Shown here: piece after piece, positions 13,701 to 25,588 of the stretch
How the letters are laid out: every line of letters begins with the position of its first letter
Numbering within the stretch: position 1 is the stretch's first letter
Assembly (NCBI GenBank): GCA_020891255.1
Contig: BQFW01000007.1
Coordinates: forward strand, 2,480,001 to 2,544,000
Direction: 5' to 3'
Length of the DNA stretch: 64,000 bases
Source: Entomortierella parvispora E1425
Lineage: Eukaryota > Fungi > Mortierellomycota
Program-made: the position numbers and the translations under genes
Notes under the pieces: generated by a model
The model's database searches: none
What the model was told of the DNA's origin: nothing
Seen by the model: the letters and a program-made list of their open reading frames with translations, nothing else

Positions 13701-15865
13701 CTATTCTGGCCAACAAGACCCGTATCTTGGTGACCAACGGCGTCTCGCATCTGCACGAGGTGGATCAGATCGTGGTTGTCAAGGCTGGAAAGATCTCCCA
13801 GGACGGTGCCTATGCTGATCTCATCCAAAATGCTGAGGGCGATCTTTACCGCCTGATCCAAGAGAGCAAGGTCGTAGCCACTGCCAAGGCCGAGGAGGAG
13901 GAGAACGAGGGTGAGGCTACCGATGCTGAATCTACAGATTCAGATGAGAGCAAGTCAACAGAGGTCGAGATTGAGGATGCCGAGCTCCTTGGCTCCGCCA
14001 AGGATGAAAAGCGACCTACTCTTCGCCGTTCAAAATCTTCAAAGGCGGGCAAGGAGGATGAGATTGAGCTCAAGGACGCGGATGAGGTCGATGACGAAAT
14101 CGAGGCCAGCGGACGCGTCGGTTGGGAGGTCTACAAGTTTTTCTTCTCCACCTTGGGTCTCCTTGGATGCCTTTGCTTGATCTTGATCTGTCTCGGTAAC
14201 CTGGCCTTCAACATCATGACCTTGATCTGGCTCCAGAACTGGGGTGACGACAACCAACTCTCCGAGGCCAGAGGCACTGCCCCCAAGCACTCGACTCAGT
14301 ACTGGCTTCTGACCTATTTCGCTTGGGTCATGGCCGCCGCATTGACACTCTGTGGTGCTTGCTTTTACACTTTGGTTTACATGGCCCGCAAGGCTGCAAA
14401 GTCCTTGCACTTCAAGATGCTGACAGCCATGGTGCGTGCACCTATGAGCTTCTTTGACATCACATCCTCGGGCAAGATCATCAACCGTTTCGCGCACGAC
14501 ATCTCGTCTGTCGATATCCAGCTGCCTCTTCAATTCCTCAACTTTTCGCTGATCATGATGATGGCTATCAACATCTTTCTGTTCTGTGTCATGGCAACCC
14601 CTTACTTCCTTATCGCCATGATCCCCCTCGGCTATGGTTATTACTGGCTCGGTGGCTTCTTCCTCATCTCTTCTCGCGAGATCAAGCGTTTGGATTCCGC
14701 TGCCCGCTCTCCCATGTATGCTCACTTTGGAGAGACCCTGTCTGGTCTGGTAACCATCCGAGCTTACCATGAGTCGGACCGTTTCGCAATCCACGCCACA
14801 AAGTTGCTCGATCGTTCCCAGCAGACCAGCTACTTGACCAATGCCACTTCTCGCTGGTTGCAGATCATGCTCGACTTTATGAGTACGTTGGTCCTTTGTA
14901 TTGTCGCTCTTTTGGCCATTGTCCAGCGCAACTCGATTCAAGCTCCCATGTTCTCGACTGTGCTCTCCCAGATTGGTAATCTGACCGGTATCATGAGCTC
15001 CCTCCTGAACGTCATCTGCGTCATCGAAACCGCCATTGTCTCGGTCGAGCGTATCCGCGAGTACTCCATGTTGACACCCGAGGCTCGCGATGTGATCCCC
15101 GACAGCAAAACCCCCGAGTCGTGGCCCCAGAACGGTCAAGTTGTTCTCTCTGATTACTCGACTCGTTACCGTGAGGGCCTGGACCTGGTTTTGAAGAACA
15201 TTGATGTGACCATTCAAGGTGGATCCCGTGTTGGCATCGTGGGTCGTACAGGTGCTGGTAAATCCAGTGTCACGCTGGCCCTGTTCCGCATCATCGAGGC
15301 CGCATCTGGCTCCATCTCCATTGACGGCATCGATATCTCGACCTTGGGCTTGACCGAGCTTCGTTCCCGATTGACCATTATCCCCCAGGATCCTTTCCTC
15401 TTTGGTGACTCGATCCGAACGAACCTGGATCCTTTCGGTAAACACACTGACGCCGAGATCTGGGCCGCCTTGGACGCTGCCTCGCTCAAGGCCTATGTTC
15501 TGACCCTGACCGATGGCCTCTCGGCCATGATCGAGAACGGAGGGGAGAATATGTCTCTGGGTCAGCGCCAGCTCATGAGTTTGGCTCGAGCCATGCTCTC
15601 CAAGAACACCCGGGTTCTCTGTCTGGACGAAGCCACGGCTGCGATCGACGTCGAGACCGACAACGCGATCCAGCGCGCTCTCCGACGCGAGTTCACCCAC
15701 TGCACGGTCTTGACCATTGCCCATCGCATCAACACCATCATGGACAGTGACAAGATCCTGGTCTTGGATCATGGACGCGTCGCCGAGTTTGACACGCCTG
15801 CAACCTTGTTGCAGAACAAGGACAGCATCTTTTACAGTCTTGCTTCCAAGAGTGGAAACGCTTAA
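10749..15865 (+). CDS. ABCC/MRP transporter with TMD0 (YCF1/MRP1-like)
   Basis: N-terminal FCDSEGW..DFTMCF. NBD1 GRVGEGKSS/LSGGQ/IYILDD; NBD2 GRTGAGKSS/SLGQ/LDEATA. Introns 10835-10934, 11170-11266 and 13457-13555. Confidence 0.96.
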
Positions 15866-16173
15866 ACTTGAAAAAAAAAAAAAAGTCAGCCTTTCCTATT
15901 TCTCATTCTCCATCCTCTTTTGTTTTATTATTCAATTACGCCCCTTTCATGTACATGTAACATAAACTAGACTATTAAACTTGATTCTTTACGACCCTCA
16001 TTTGCCAGTCAATGACCGAAGTGCTCCATGTTGTGTTAATAAGATGAGATACATGATTTATGGATATGAAAAAAAAAAAAAGTTCGAGAGCTGCCAAGAG
16101 TCTATAGGAATGCCCCTTTGGTCATCGTGATCGTTGCATTGTGAACAATAGGTGTGTTGTCGATATGGGGTTT

Positions 16174-19100
16174 CTACAATTGATCTGTGCCAGCCAAGAT
16201 CCCCAGAACTCGGATCAACTCCTCAGGACTTGTCACATGCCAGTTCGCCAACGTCTTCTTGAGCGCGTGTCCGATCGTGATTGAGAACGGCTGAGCCTTG
16301 CCTGCACAGTTAGTCGTTGAAAGCGCAGAAACGGTCGCAGCAGTCAATGCCGAAGATGCTGTCGTGCCACTCAATTCCGAGACAGGGGTCGAAGTACCAG
16401 TGCCGGTCAAAGAAGGCGAAAGGGAGTGTGCTGGAACAACATTTGTAATGGCAAAAGCAGGGTCCAAGTGCGTCTCATCCTCTGACAAGATCTCCACCTC
16501 CTGGACATGTGCATGATGCACCAAAGGCGAGTGGTGCTCCAATGAATGCACCATCGCCGCACGAGCAATCTTGGCAGCCGTCTCCGCCACCAATTCGGAA
16601 TTGTAGGGCTCAACCACCGCACTGGCGAGAGAAGTCCTCCGGCTAGACTGTCCATTTTGAATGGACTGGTTCTGCTGAGTGTTGCTGATGCCCGCAAGGG
16701 CCCTGAACATATCCTCGTCCGTTTTGTCGTCTCCTGCACACATGACAAACTCCGTCTCAGGGTGCTGGCCCAACAATCTCTTCACAATCTCTCCTTTGTT
16801 AACGATTGTGGGTCGGACTTCCAGATTCTTCTTGCCAACCAAAATTTCGACAGGGAGCTTGGACAGGACCGCATTCTCGAGGTGATTTTGACATTCCTTG
16901 GCTTGGAATGCCCCAAATTCGGGGTCTGCCATGCGATAGTGCCATGTCAACGATGATCGCTTATGTTCAATGAAGGATCCTATGGTTGATTGAATTTCTT
17001 TGTTAGTTTCTTTTTTGTCTTGTTTCCCCTTATGAGTTATAACTCCAATTTGTTTGGCCCACGTTTTCTCACCTTGTGTACGCTCAGAGTAATAGGTAAA
17101 GATCTCAATAACATCGTTCTTCCAGCTCATATCCAGGGATTCTGTAAGATTCACCCATTTCTTGCTTCCGGGCTGTCTCATGAAGCAACCGTGTTCCGCA
17201 CTGAATCCAAGGTTTTCGATATGACCCAACCAATCTTCCAAAACTTGTTGATCCCGTCCAGAAATGACCCAGACAACGTTCTTTGGATCACTGCAAAGAG
17301 CACTCAATGCCTTCAACATGTGTTCCTGAGGGACAGCTGCTCCAGGTGTCTTGCGAATGGGAGTTAAGGTACCCTATTTTGGTTCATGTCGGATTGATTT
17401 TGCAGGTTAGAAATGACATTTTATAAAATACACTTTTTCATTCGCAAAAAGTCCATATGAGCCACTCCAGATATGAACAAAAAGCAAGCGAGAGAACTTA
17501 CATCGTAGTCGAACAAGAGTAGTCTCTTCTTCGCTTTCTTGTACTTCTGGCTGATAAAATCAAAGTCCAGATAAGGTGTAGGCGTTGACTGATCCCAGGT
17601 ACCAACGTTAAGGGTCAATTCCGAGATGAAGTTCTTTGCCCAAAACTGTGCTGTGTGTCCGAGAACATGCTTGTGAAGTTGCTATTTTGGAGGAAGAGTA
17701 ACATGGTGTCAGCCCTTTGTCTGTTTCCTATTACTGGGCGTAAGACCAATGAATATTTCTGATTGTATACGTACAGAGTGACGCGCCAGCTTGTCCTCCT
17801 CACTGAGATGAAGAGCATCGTAGATCACTCTGGCCACTCCTTGATAGTCCCATGGGTTGACCATCATGGCTCCTCCAAGACTTCCAGCTGTCCCTGTAAA
17901 CTCGCTCAAGATGAGTGGTCCGTGATTCTCAGATTGGCACATGATATATTCGAGTGAAGTGGTGTTCATGCCATCCCGAACAGAAGTGATCAGTCCGATG
18001 TCCGCCACTGACAGCAAAGCATAGTATTCATCCCGATCGATATGTTGATGATAGTGGTGGACGGGCGTAAAGTTGAGAGAACCATAGGTGCCGTTGATAT
18101 GAGCCACCAACTCTGCAATCTTGGCTTCCAACTTTGGGTTCTCGACCAAAGGTGGCGACGTCACCTGGATCAAAACCACCTCTCCTTGCATGTCTGGGTA
18201 GTCGTTCAAGAACTTTTCGAAAGCCTGAAGCTTCTGCTGCACTCCCTTGACAAGATCCAGCTTGTCTCGTCCAACAATGATTCGCTTGCCCTTGTATGTT
18301 TTACGGATGGCATCCATTTTCGGCAAGACCCCAGGGGCTTTGCGCTGTCTTTCTACTCGCTCTGCATCGATTCCGATCGGGAAGGTCCCAACCCAAACTG
18401 TTGATCCCATGGCGTCCACACCTCTGGGAGTGGATTCATATCCGTTGACGCGCGTACAACAACTGATGAAGTGTCTGGCATATGAGTAGGTCTAAAACGG
18501 TATTGGGTATGAAGTGAGGGTTAGACATCTATCAAATACCACACGTCACGAAGTTTTGTCCTCAAACCACAAGAGTAACCCTTGCCTGGAATCCAATTTG
18601 ATTTGCGCCCAAGAGTCCGTTCAAGATCTCGACACGTTCTATGTACGGGATAGCAGAAAATTTTGATGTCAACAAAAGATGATGCCACATATTCAATGGG
18701 AAAGCGCAAAACGTGCCCTGATTCTTTGGAGCGAGCCAAAGGAAGGAGGGGGGGGGGAGTCATGTGGAATTGCTTGCCATATGTGGTTATCGCCCCCTTT
18801 TTTAAACTCGTCTAGTTTTTTTCTCCTGAGGAAACACTTACTGGGCAAGCACCTGAAGATCTCTGAGGATGGGAATGGTGCGTGGATAAAGACGCTGATC
18901 GCGGCTCCGGGGAGCTTTTGACGCAGCATGTGCGGAACCAGGAGAAGGTGGTAATCGTGGATCCAGACTTCAAGTGCACGAGAAAGTAAAGGCGATATCT
19001 TTTTGTTAGCTTTCCACATCAAATCAACAGACAAGCAAACAGAACGGACATACATACAAACAAACAAACAAACAAATAAACAGAAACGACATTCATTTAG

Positions 19101-20046
19101 ATCGGACGGTGGTACACGGTCCTCTCTGTGTAAGACTCACCGATGTCGCCTGTCTGGTACTGCTCGACAATGGCATCAGCAAACTGCTGGTTTACAAAGA
19201 CATAGTCGTCCCAGTTCTTCTTCTCGATGCGTCCATCCGTGGCCTCGTCCCAAAGGATATAGTGGAACAAGGGCCACAGAACTAAAGACATCAAAAGGCA
19301 TCAGAAGAAGGTCAGGAAAGACATTCAAAAAGATAAAGGCAGGGTGAGTCAATCGGTCAATCACGTCGCAGTCCTCCAACTTTCACGAGGAGAATTAAAA
19401 TAAAGTGCTTCATACCCGACTTGCAGTAGCCCTCGTAATGACCGGCAGCCCGACAGTCATCGAGAAAGATTGGAACGACCTTTTCCTTCTTCCAGAGTTG
19501 CTGCTTCAGTCCAGTCTTCTGGCTCTCTGTCAAGTTCTTGCAGGGCACAACATAGCCGTCCTGATCTGCCAACTCGCCGACCCAACCGATCTGGACTGTT
19601 TCCAGATCGTCGGCCAAGGACTTGATCCCTGAGTACAAGGCAGAATGTCCTCTTCGCTGATCCAGTACATACTCTGTAGTTGTGGGCAATCCAGCGCCGG
19701 TCGAGGACTCTGGATGAGGCTGACCGTGCGACGAGGCAGGGACGGCTGCGAATTGGCGGGGGGCGATATAGGACGATCTCCTGTTGATCGGAGGTGAGCC
19801 TGGACCGGGATGGGTGCCGGCAGAGGCAGCGGTGGAAGGGTAGAGGGTTGCTGCAGGCGAAGGCCGGTCGACAAGAGTGCAGGCATAGGGGATCTGGTGG
19901 GTGACGTTGATCAGTCTGGGCTTGGTGTTGAGGATGATCTGACTGGTCTCTGCGAGCTCGGTCAGGGGCACCACGCGGTGGGCACTGAGAGAGTGCGTCG
20001 ACGACGACGAGTGCAGGGCAGTGGGTTGTTGATGATCCGATGACAT
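16174..20046 (-). CDS. TPS2: Trehalose-6-phosphate phosphatase/synthase (GT20 plus HAD phosphatase)
   Basis: GT20 motifs RRGHSALY, IWIHDYHLLLVP, GRDKLD and RDGMNTTSLEY; HAD motifs LLFDYD|GTL, ISGRD and GDDKTDEDMF. Confidence 0.95.
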
Positions 20047-20220
20047 GAGGACCTGAGCTAAACTAGAAAGATGAAGGGAGGGAGACGCGGTTCAAGGGGG
20101 GGAAGGAAGGGAAGGGGAGGAGAGAAGAGGAACACGGTCGTTTTCCAAGGCGGGATAGGGCAGGATGGAGAAAGGAGACGAGAAACGAAAGAAAGGAATG
20201 AAAATGAGGCAGTCAAGTGG

Positions 20221-20277
20221 AGAAGGAAGGAAGGAATGAAGGAATGAAAGAAGGAAGGAAGGAAGAGGAGAGGAGTG

Positions 20278-20320
<43 letters not shown>

Positions 20321-20352
20321 GAATGAATGAATGAATGAATGAATGAATGAAT
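20221..20352. repeat. Microsatellite cluster (GAAG)n, (AG)n, (GAAT)n upstream of the TPS2 ATG
   Basis: Directly visible. Confidence 0.9.
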
Positions 20353-20729
20353 GGAAGAGAAAAGAAAAGAATGAAAGAAGAGATGAATGGACGTGCAATG
20401 AAGGCGAACGGAACCAACGAAGGGCGGTGCCACAGAACACAGACAAGACAGCACACAGGCAAACACATGCAAAAAAGATTAAAAGAACACAGTCATTTCC
20501 CCTCTATTTCCCAGATTTCCACATGAGCACAGCACACCTTTTTTTTTTTTTTTTTTTTTTTTGATAGAGTCCATCCGTCGATCTGTCGATCTGTCGACCA
20601 GGTCCCTTCTTCCCTCTCTTTCCTCTTTCTCTCTTTCTCTCTTCCCCACACCCCTTCTGCTCTGTCTCGCACGCATCCATCTTGAACAAACTCACAGGAC
20701 ATGCACATCGACTTCTAGATCAACTCTTT

Positions 20730-23700
20730 TTAATCTGCTTCTTGATGCGGATGCTCGTGGCTTGCGGGCTCTTCATCTACGTTGTTCTTCGACTCGGCCT
20801 TCTTATTCTCCTCTACCTTCCTCTCTTCTTCTACGTTCGCCTGTTCATCCTGATGTTCCTTTCCGCCTGGGCTCATCGTGGTATCAAACACCAGTACCGG
20901 CTCTGGAATGTCCACAGGCGCGCTCTTGACGCGTTTCTTGGCTGGGGTCGTATCGTCCTTGATCATATAATTAAACTTGTAGCCCACCGTAATGCTCTCT
21001 TTGTTGCTCCTATCCCACGCCTTGCTCACCAGCTTGATTTCATCATTGTTGCGAAGCTGAAGCCGGCCCTGGAATTGTTCGTTGTTGACCTCTGTCGCAT
21101 TCGTGGCGTCGTTGGTTATGTACGCCTTTCTTTCATCCGGTGCCCATTCGATGGCACAGTCTATGGTAGATGAATCGAGCCATGGATGTGCAATAATGAA
21201 ATCAAATTTAAAAAAAATATATCCTCGCATCCATGATAATTAAAAAAAAAAAGGCTTTCAGAGACAATGATAACTTACGTCTGCGACTGACATAGGGACT
21301 AGTAATAACAATATCACTGTCTTTGTCTCTGCCTATTGTCGTCCTTATACCTTGTAGCTCCTCCATCTCTGTCCAAACGCTGACTGGCTTCAGAATTCCC
21401 CAAACAATGTCATTTTCGTCAACTACCCGGTCTTCAGGGCGACGCTTTTTGTGACCTCTGTGAAGATGGTCCTTATACATTCGACGCGCCAGATCGTCAG
21501 GTGTCGGATTCTGAGCACCTTTCAGTATCACTTCGTACTTCAAACAATGATGGCATCCTGCAATTTCGTCTATTTTTTTTTTTTTTTTTAAAAAAAATAT
21601 ATATAGTTAGTAAAGGAACAACGGATTTATCTGAAGAAACAATCTGAAATATTTTTGACCGCCACGCTACCTGACGGACTTGCAAGATGGCCTGGGCAAA
21701 CAGCAATGCCTAGTACATCGCCATGGAATAACTGACCCGAGCGCCTTCTGATAAGCTTTAAATTATTGATGTACGTTCCATTGAGGCTATGACCGTGACA
21801 ATGATAATAAAGTTGTCAGGCTGGTTGGAAAGAGAGCTTTTTCGGCAGTGTTGCGGTGAAGAATGTCAAGGGCACCATACCTGGTGTTGGACATCATGAT
21901 AACACCATCGTCACCACGCTCAATGATGCAGTGCTTAACGCTAATGGCCCGATTTGTGCCAAGCAAGATATCGGCTACCTCTATCAAAGGTGTAGCATAT
22001 CAAATTCAATTTGCTATTTAGTAGAGTAAAGACGAAGAGCAGGTCAAAAAATACCACTTGATTTTGGGTTACCATGTACTTACTGTCATCAATGCGTCCG
22101 AGTACATGAAAAGGTTTGGTCAGTTCGATGCGTCGAGGGGCATCACGAAAACCTCCTGGCAATATTCTCAGTTCGCCCCATGGTTCCTGTCGCGCCTGTG
22201 GTGCTTGTGCTGGACTGTCGCTAGAGTCGGATACGTCGTTTGATTTCAAAATACGAGTCGATCCCGAATGCTCAATCTTCTATAAGGAATAACAGAAAGC
22301 AGTAAAAAATAAAAATAAAAGGCACTGGTGAGTGGACTGGTTGAGGCCATCCTAGGATATTTGTTCAGCTGCAAATTTTCTCGTACGTCAAAGTTAGAGA
22401 CAATTTTGTCCGTCATCCGCATCCAGTCCGATGAAAGAATCTGGTCCATCCGAGCACGCCGTGATGGATCAATGTTGAGTATTGACTCTAATAGGTACTT
22501 CACTAAAGGAGAGAGCCACGCTTCAGACAGGTGTGTTCAAAAGAGAGAAGGTCTCGAACGATCATCAAGGGCATACCTTCTACGCTCCGTTTTGATTGTG
22601 TATCTACAAATGGCCTCCAGTCCCGCGTAAAGTCGATCTTTGACCCACTGCTCGTACTATGAGCGTCATCTGTTCCCTTTTTATCGGCTTTGTCATATAA
22701 GTCACTATCAAACGGGTATTCGCCAACCAACCTGGAAAGCAATCGAGCATGTCAGCTTTGTAAAAGAATTCAAAAAAAAATACGCAGGGTGTCTTCTACA
22801 CTTACATCCTGAAGAGCAAAATTCCAAGGGACCATATGTCTATTAGAGAGCAAGGGAGTAAGAGCAGGTTCGTTGCATTGTCTTGTACACGACATGTATT
22901 CCTATAACTTGATGGCATCCGCTTCAAGGTTGTCGTTGTCCTACCAACATTAGTGGTGTACCCGTTTGATTCTTCGCCTGCATCAATTTCTGGTGCCATA
23001 TATGATACTGTTCCGCAAAGTGATGTGAGAGCCTTGGGGCCGGTCGCACGTCGTGCCAGTCCTAAAACAGATTGAACAGCCATATCAGCCAAAGATTCTT
23101 TCCCGAGTATCCTTGGCGGTGCGAGCCTCGTGAGCGAGATGGGTTACCGAAATCAATTAGCATGACTTTGAGCCGCTCATCAATCATTATATTCTGAAGA
23201 GGCGGGGGACGGTCAGATTTTTTTTTCCATTCCGTTTTGATTCACCAAAGTAGCCCACTCTGAATGCGCCCCATACCTCTGATTTGATATCGCGATGAAT
23301 GATTCCGTGGTTGTGCATGTAGTCTACTGCGCTACATATTTGCCGAAAGATGTGCCTGGCATCGCGCTCAGTCACGTAGTTGTTGTTGTCTCGATAGTAT
23401 TCAACAAGTGTCGTTCCATGGGCCAACTCTGAAAAGATATAAACTCGATCTGGTGTATGGTGATGGTCGACATAGGTGATGATGTTCTCCTAAGTGAAGA
23501 AAAAAGGTCGTGTGAGGGATAGGCGCAGTCCTTTGGTCTTCTGGAAAATAATAACAGACTTGAATGAGGCACGCACATGTTGCATGAGGCTCAAGATGTC
23601 TATCTCCGTCTTAATGCTTTGGCGTTCTTCATCGCTGAATGACCGCCTCCGAAGATTAATGACTTTGCAGACGCTGATGGCACCGGTGGTGGTTTCCCTG

Positions 23701-23870
23701 GCTTTGAAGACCTCTGCATAGTTGCCGCTGGCGAGAGGATGGTCATCCAGCTCGTAGGTTCCCAGGCCACCCGTGACAAACTTTTTTTTCTCGACGGGTT
23801 TGACGACGGTGGCCTTACGAGGGGGTCTGAAGTTGCCATTAGCATCGATCCTGCGACTATCCCTGCTCAT
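20730..23870 (-). CDS. Ser/Thr protein kinase (CAMK/CHK2-like) followed by two FHA domains
   Basis: ASGNYAEV, VCK, HRDIKSE|N, IDFG|LAR, CGTVSYMAPE and DIWSLG. FHA1 has GRIDD..SVKH..SLNGTY; FHA2 has GRDKDSD..SRRH..TNAT. About 12 exons. Confidence 0.88.
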
Positions 23871-23930
23871 GACTGTTATGATGGCGACGCGATGTAATTA
23901 GTGGTCCTAGGTGGGGATGTAGGCGAAGGA

Positions 23931-23968
23931 AGGGCAGGGCAGGGCAGGGCAGGGCAGGGCAGGGCAGG
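23931..23968 (+). repeat. (AGGGC)x7 pentanucleotide repeat with G-quadruplex potential
   Basis: Directly visible, about 60 nt upstream of the kinase ATG. Confidence 0.9.
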
Positions 23969-24478
23969 ACGGAAGGAAGGGCAAAGCAGAGAGAAAAAGG
24001 GCGATGTTTGAATCTGGCGGCGGTCTCTCCTGATTGGCTGTGGACATCCGGCTCTTCCAAGGCCCTGCCTGTTACATGGGCGGAGTCGTCCTTCTCTTTC
24101 CCTATGTAGCTCTCTCTTTCCGTCCTCTATCCCCCCCCTCCCGCTTGGCTGCAGCTTGCATGGCTTAACGACCTCGGCTGCGGTCATCATCGGCTCAGCC
24201 ATCGTTTGGTGTGATCGCGATGGGCCAGATCTTGAGACGGGAATGTCTCTCTTTCTCTACCTGTCTCTTTTTTGTGGTTTTTTTTCTGTTCCTCTTCTCT
24301 GTCTCTCCATCTCTCAGCTTCCTCCTCTCCTCCTCTTCACAACCGTAGCCGTATCATCATCCGTGGGATTGTAATATCATACCTCTCAAAAAATCTCTTT
24401 CTTTTTACCTCATCTATTTCCAACATTCCAACCACACAGCACAACTGACAGAACCTCCTCGACTGATCTTTTACAGCC

Positions 24479-25401
24479 ATGGGTCGAATGTTTGATAAAT
24501 TTTTTGGTTGTTTGGACACAGCAACCTTCGCACCCATCCTTGCCGGCATTTATTTCGTCATCGGACTCGTATTCATGATCCTCTGCTTTGGTCGCTGTAA
24601 GTGACCCCCCCCCCCTCCTTTCTCTATCTGATCAGTTCATATCCACAGTGAGCTGTCGAGAAGGGCGTAGTAGGGAGTTTCCCCGATTCACATTCTTCCT
24701 AGATCGGGGAACAGAGTGGACGTGTTTTAATATGGACTGTCCGGAATAATGACTTTGTTATGTTTACCCACTGTTCGTCTTTCTCACTCAATTGATGACT
24801 ATCACAAAACTGTAGGGATCATGCCACACGCAGAAACAGATCTCGCCATCCCTTGGGCCATTATTTGCCTCTTGTTAATGGTCACCGGAGCGTATGGATT
24901 GTGGGCCAGTACAAAAGTAAGTAAATAGCGCGCACTTGTTCTTCAACTATGTCTACAGTATCAAAACCAACACCTTTCTTGTTAACACTAAATATTACAC
25001 ACTGATAGGGAAGTACATGGCACCATCGTCAATTCGTCTCGGCCTGCTGGGGTTTCTGTCTAATGTTCCTCTGCTGGTCTATTGTGTACATTGCAGTGGA
25101 GGATAATCACATCGAAAAGGTCAACACAGGCTGTCAACGCCGGAACCCCTCTTGGAGTTGGAAGAGATGTGACGATCGCCGCAAGACTGCGTCCTTGGTC
25201 GCAATTATTTTAGTGACCCTGGGCATGTTGTTTGGTATCTATTTCACCTTGGTCTTGAGCACCTGGGTGAGCAAGATTGAGTGGCAAGAGCATCTGGAGA
25301 ACGAGCGCAAGTTGGAGGAGTGGCGGAATGGCCGCGGCGAGAACCCCCACATCAAGGAGCGTTTTGAGATTGATGGACGCGAGAGTGTAGAGATGGTCTG
25401 A
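24479..25401 (+). CDS. Small 4-TM membrane protein with tetraspanin/LAPTM-like topology
   Basis: Three exons splice in frame (MGRMFDKFFGC..., WIMPHAETD..., GSTWHHRQF...). Four hydrophobic segments, with a two-Cys loop between TM3 and TM4. Confidence 0.7.
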
Positions 25402-25588
25402 AGAGAGAGATAATTTCCACTTATTCTCTTCCATATGCATTATTGTAGACTAGATCTAATAGAATTCCATTCACCATGCCTATTGAAAAACGCGAATTGT
25501 TCGCGAAAGACAGTCACAAATCAACAGAAAAAAAAAAAAAAAAAGGAAGCGGAAACTCACTTCGCTCGTCCACCTCTCCACACTCACC

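Noticed and set aside
11393-15772. Long antisense ORFs (460 aa and 577 aa) over the ABCC gene
   Set aside because: These are shadow ORFs from strong C-ending codon bias in the sense gene and carry no recognisable motifs.
8625-15865. Possible metal-homeostasis cluster (Ctr plus YCF1-like ABCC)
   Set aside because: Adjacency alone; no shared regulatory motif was seen and ABCC substrates cannot be inferred from sequence.
16625-19785. RRxS PKA-type sites in the TPS2 N- and C-terminal insertions
   Set aside because: Short motifs common by chance in low-complexity regions; conservation could not be assessed.
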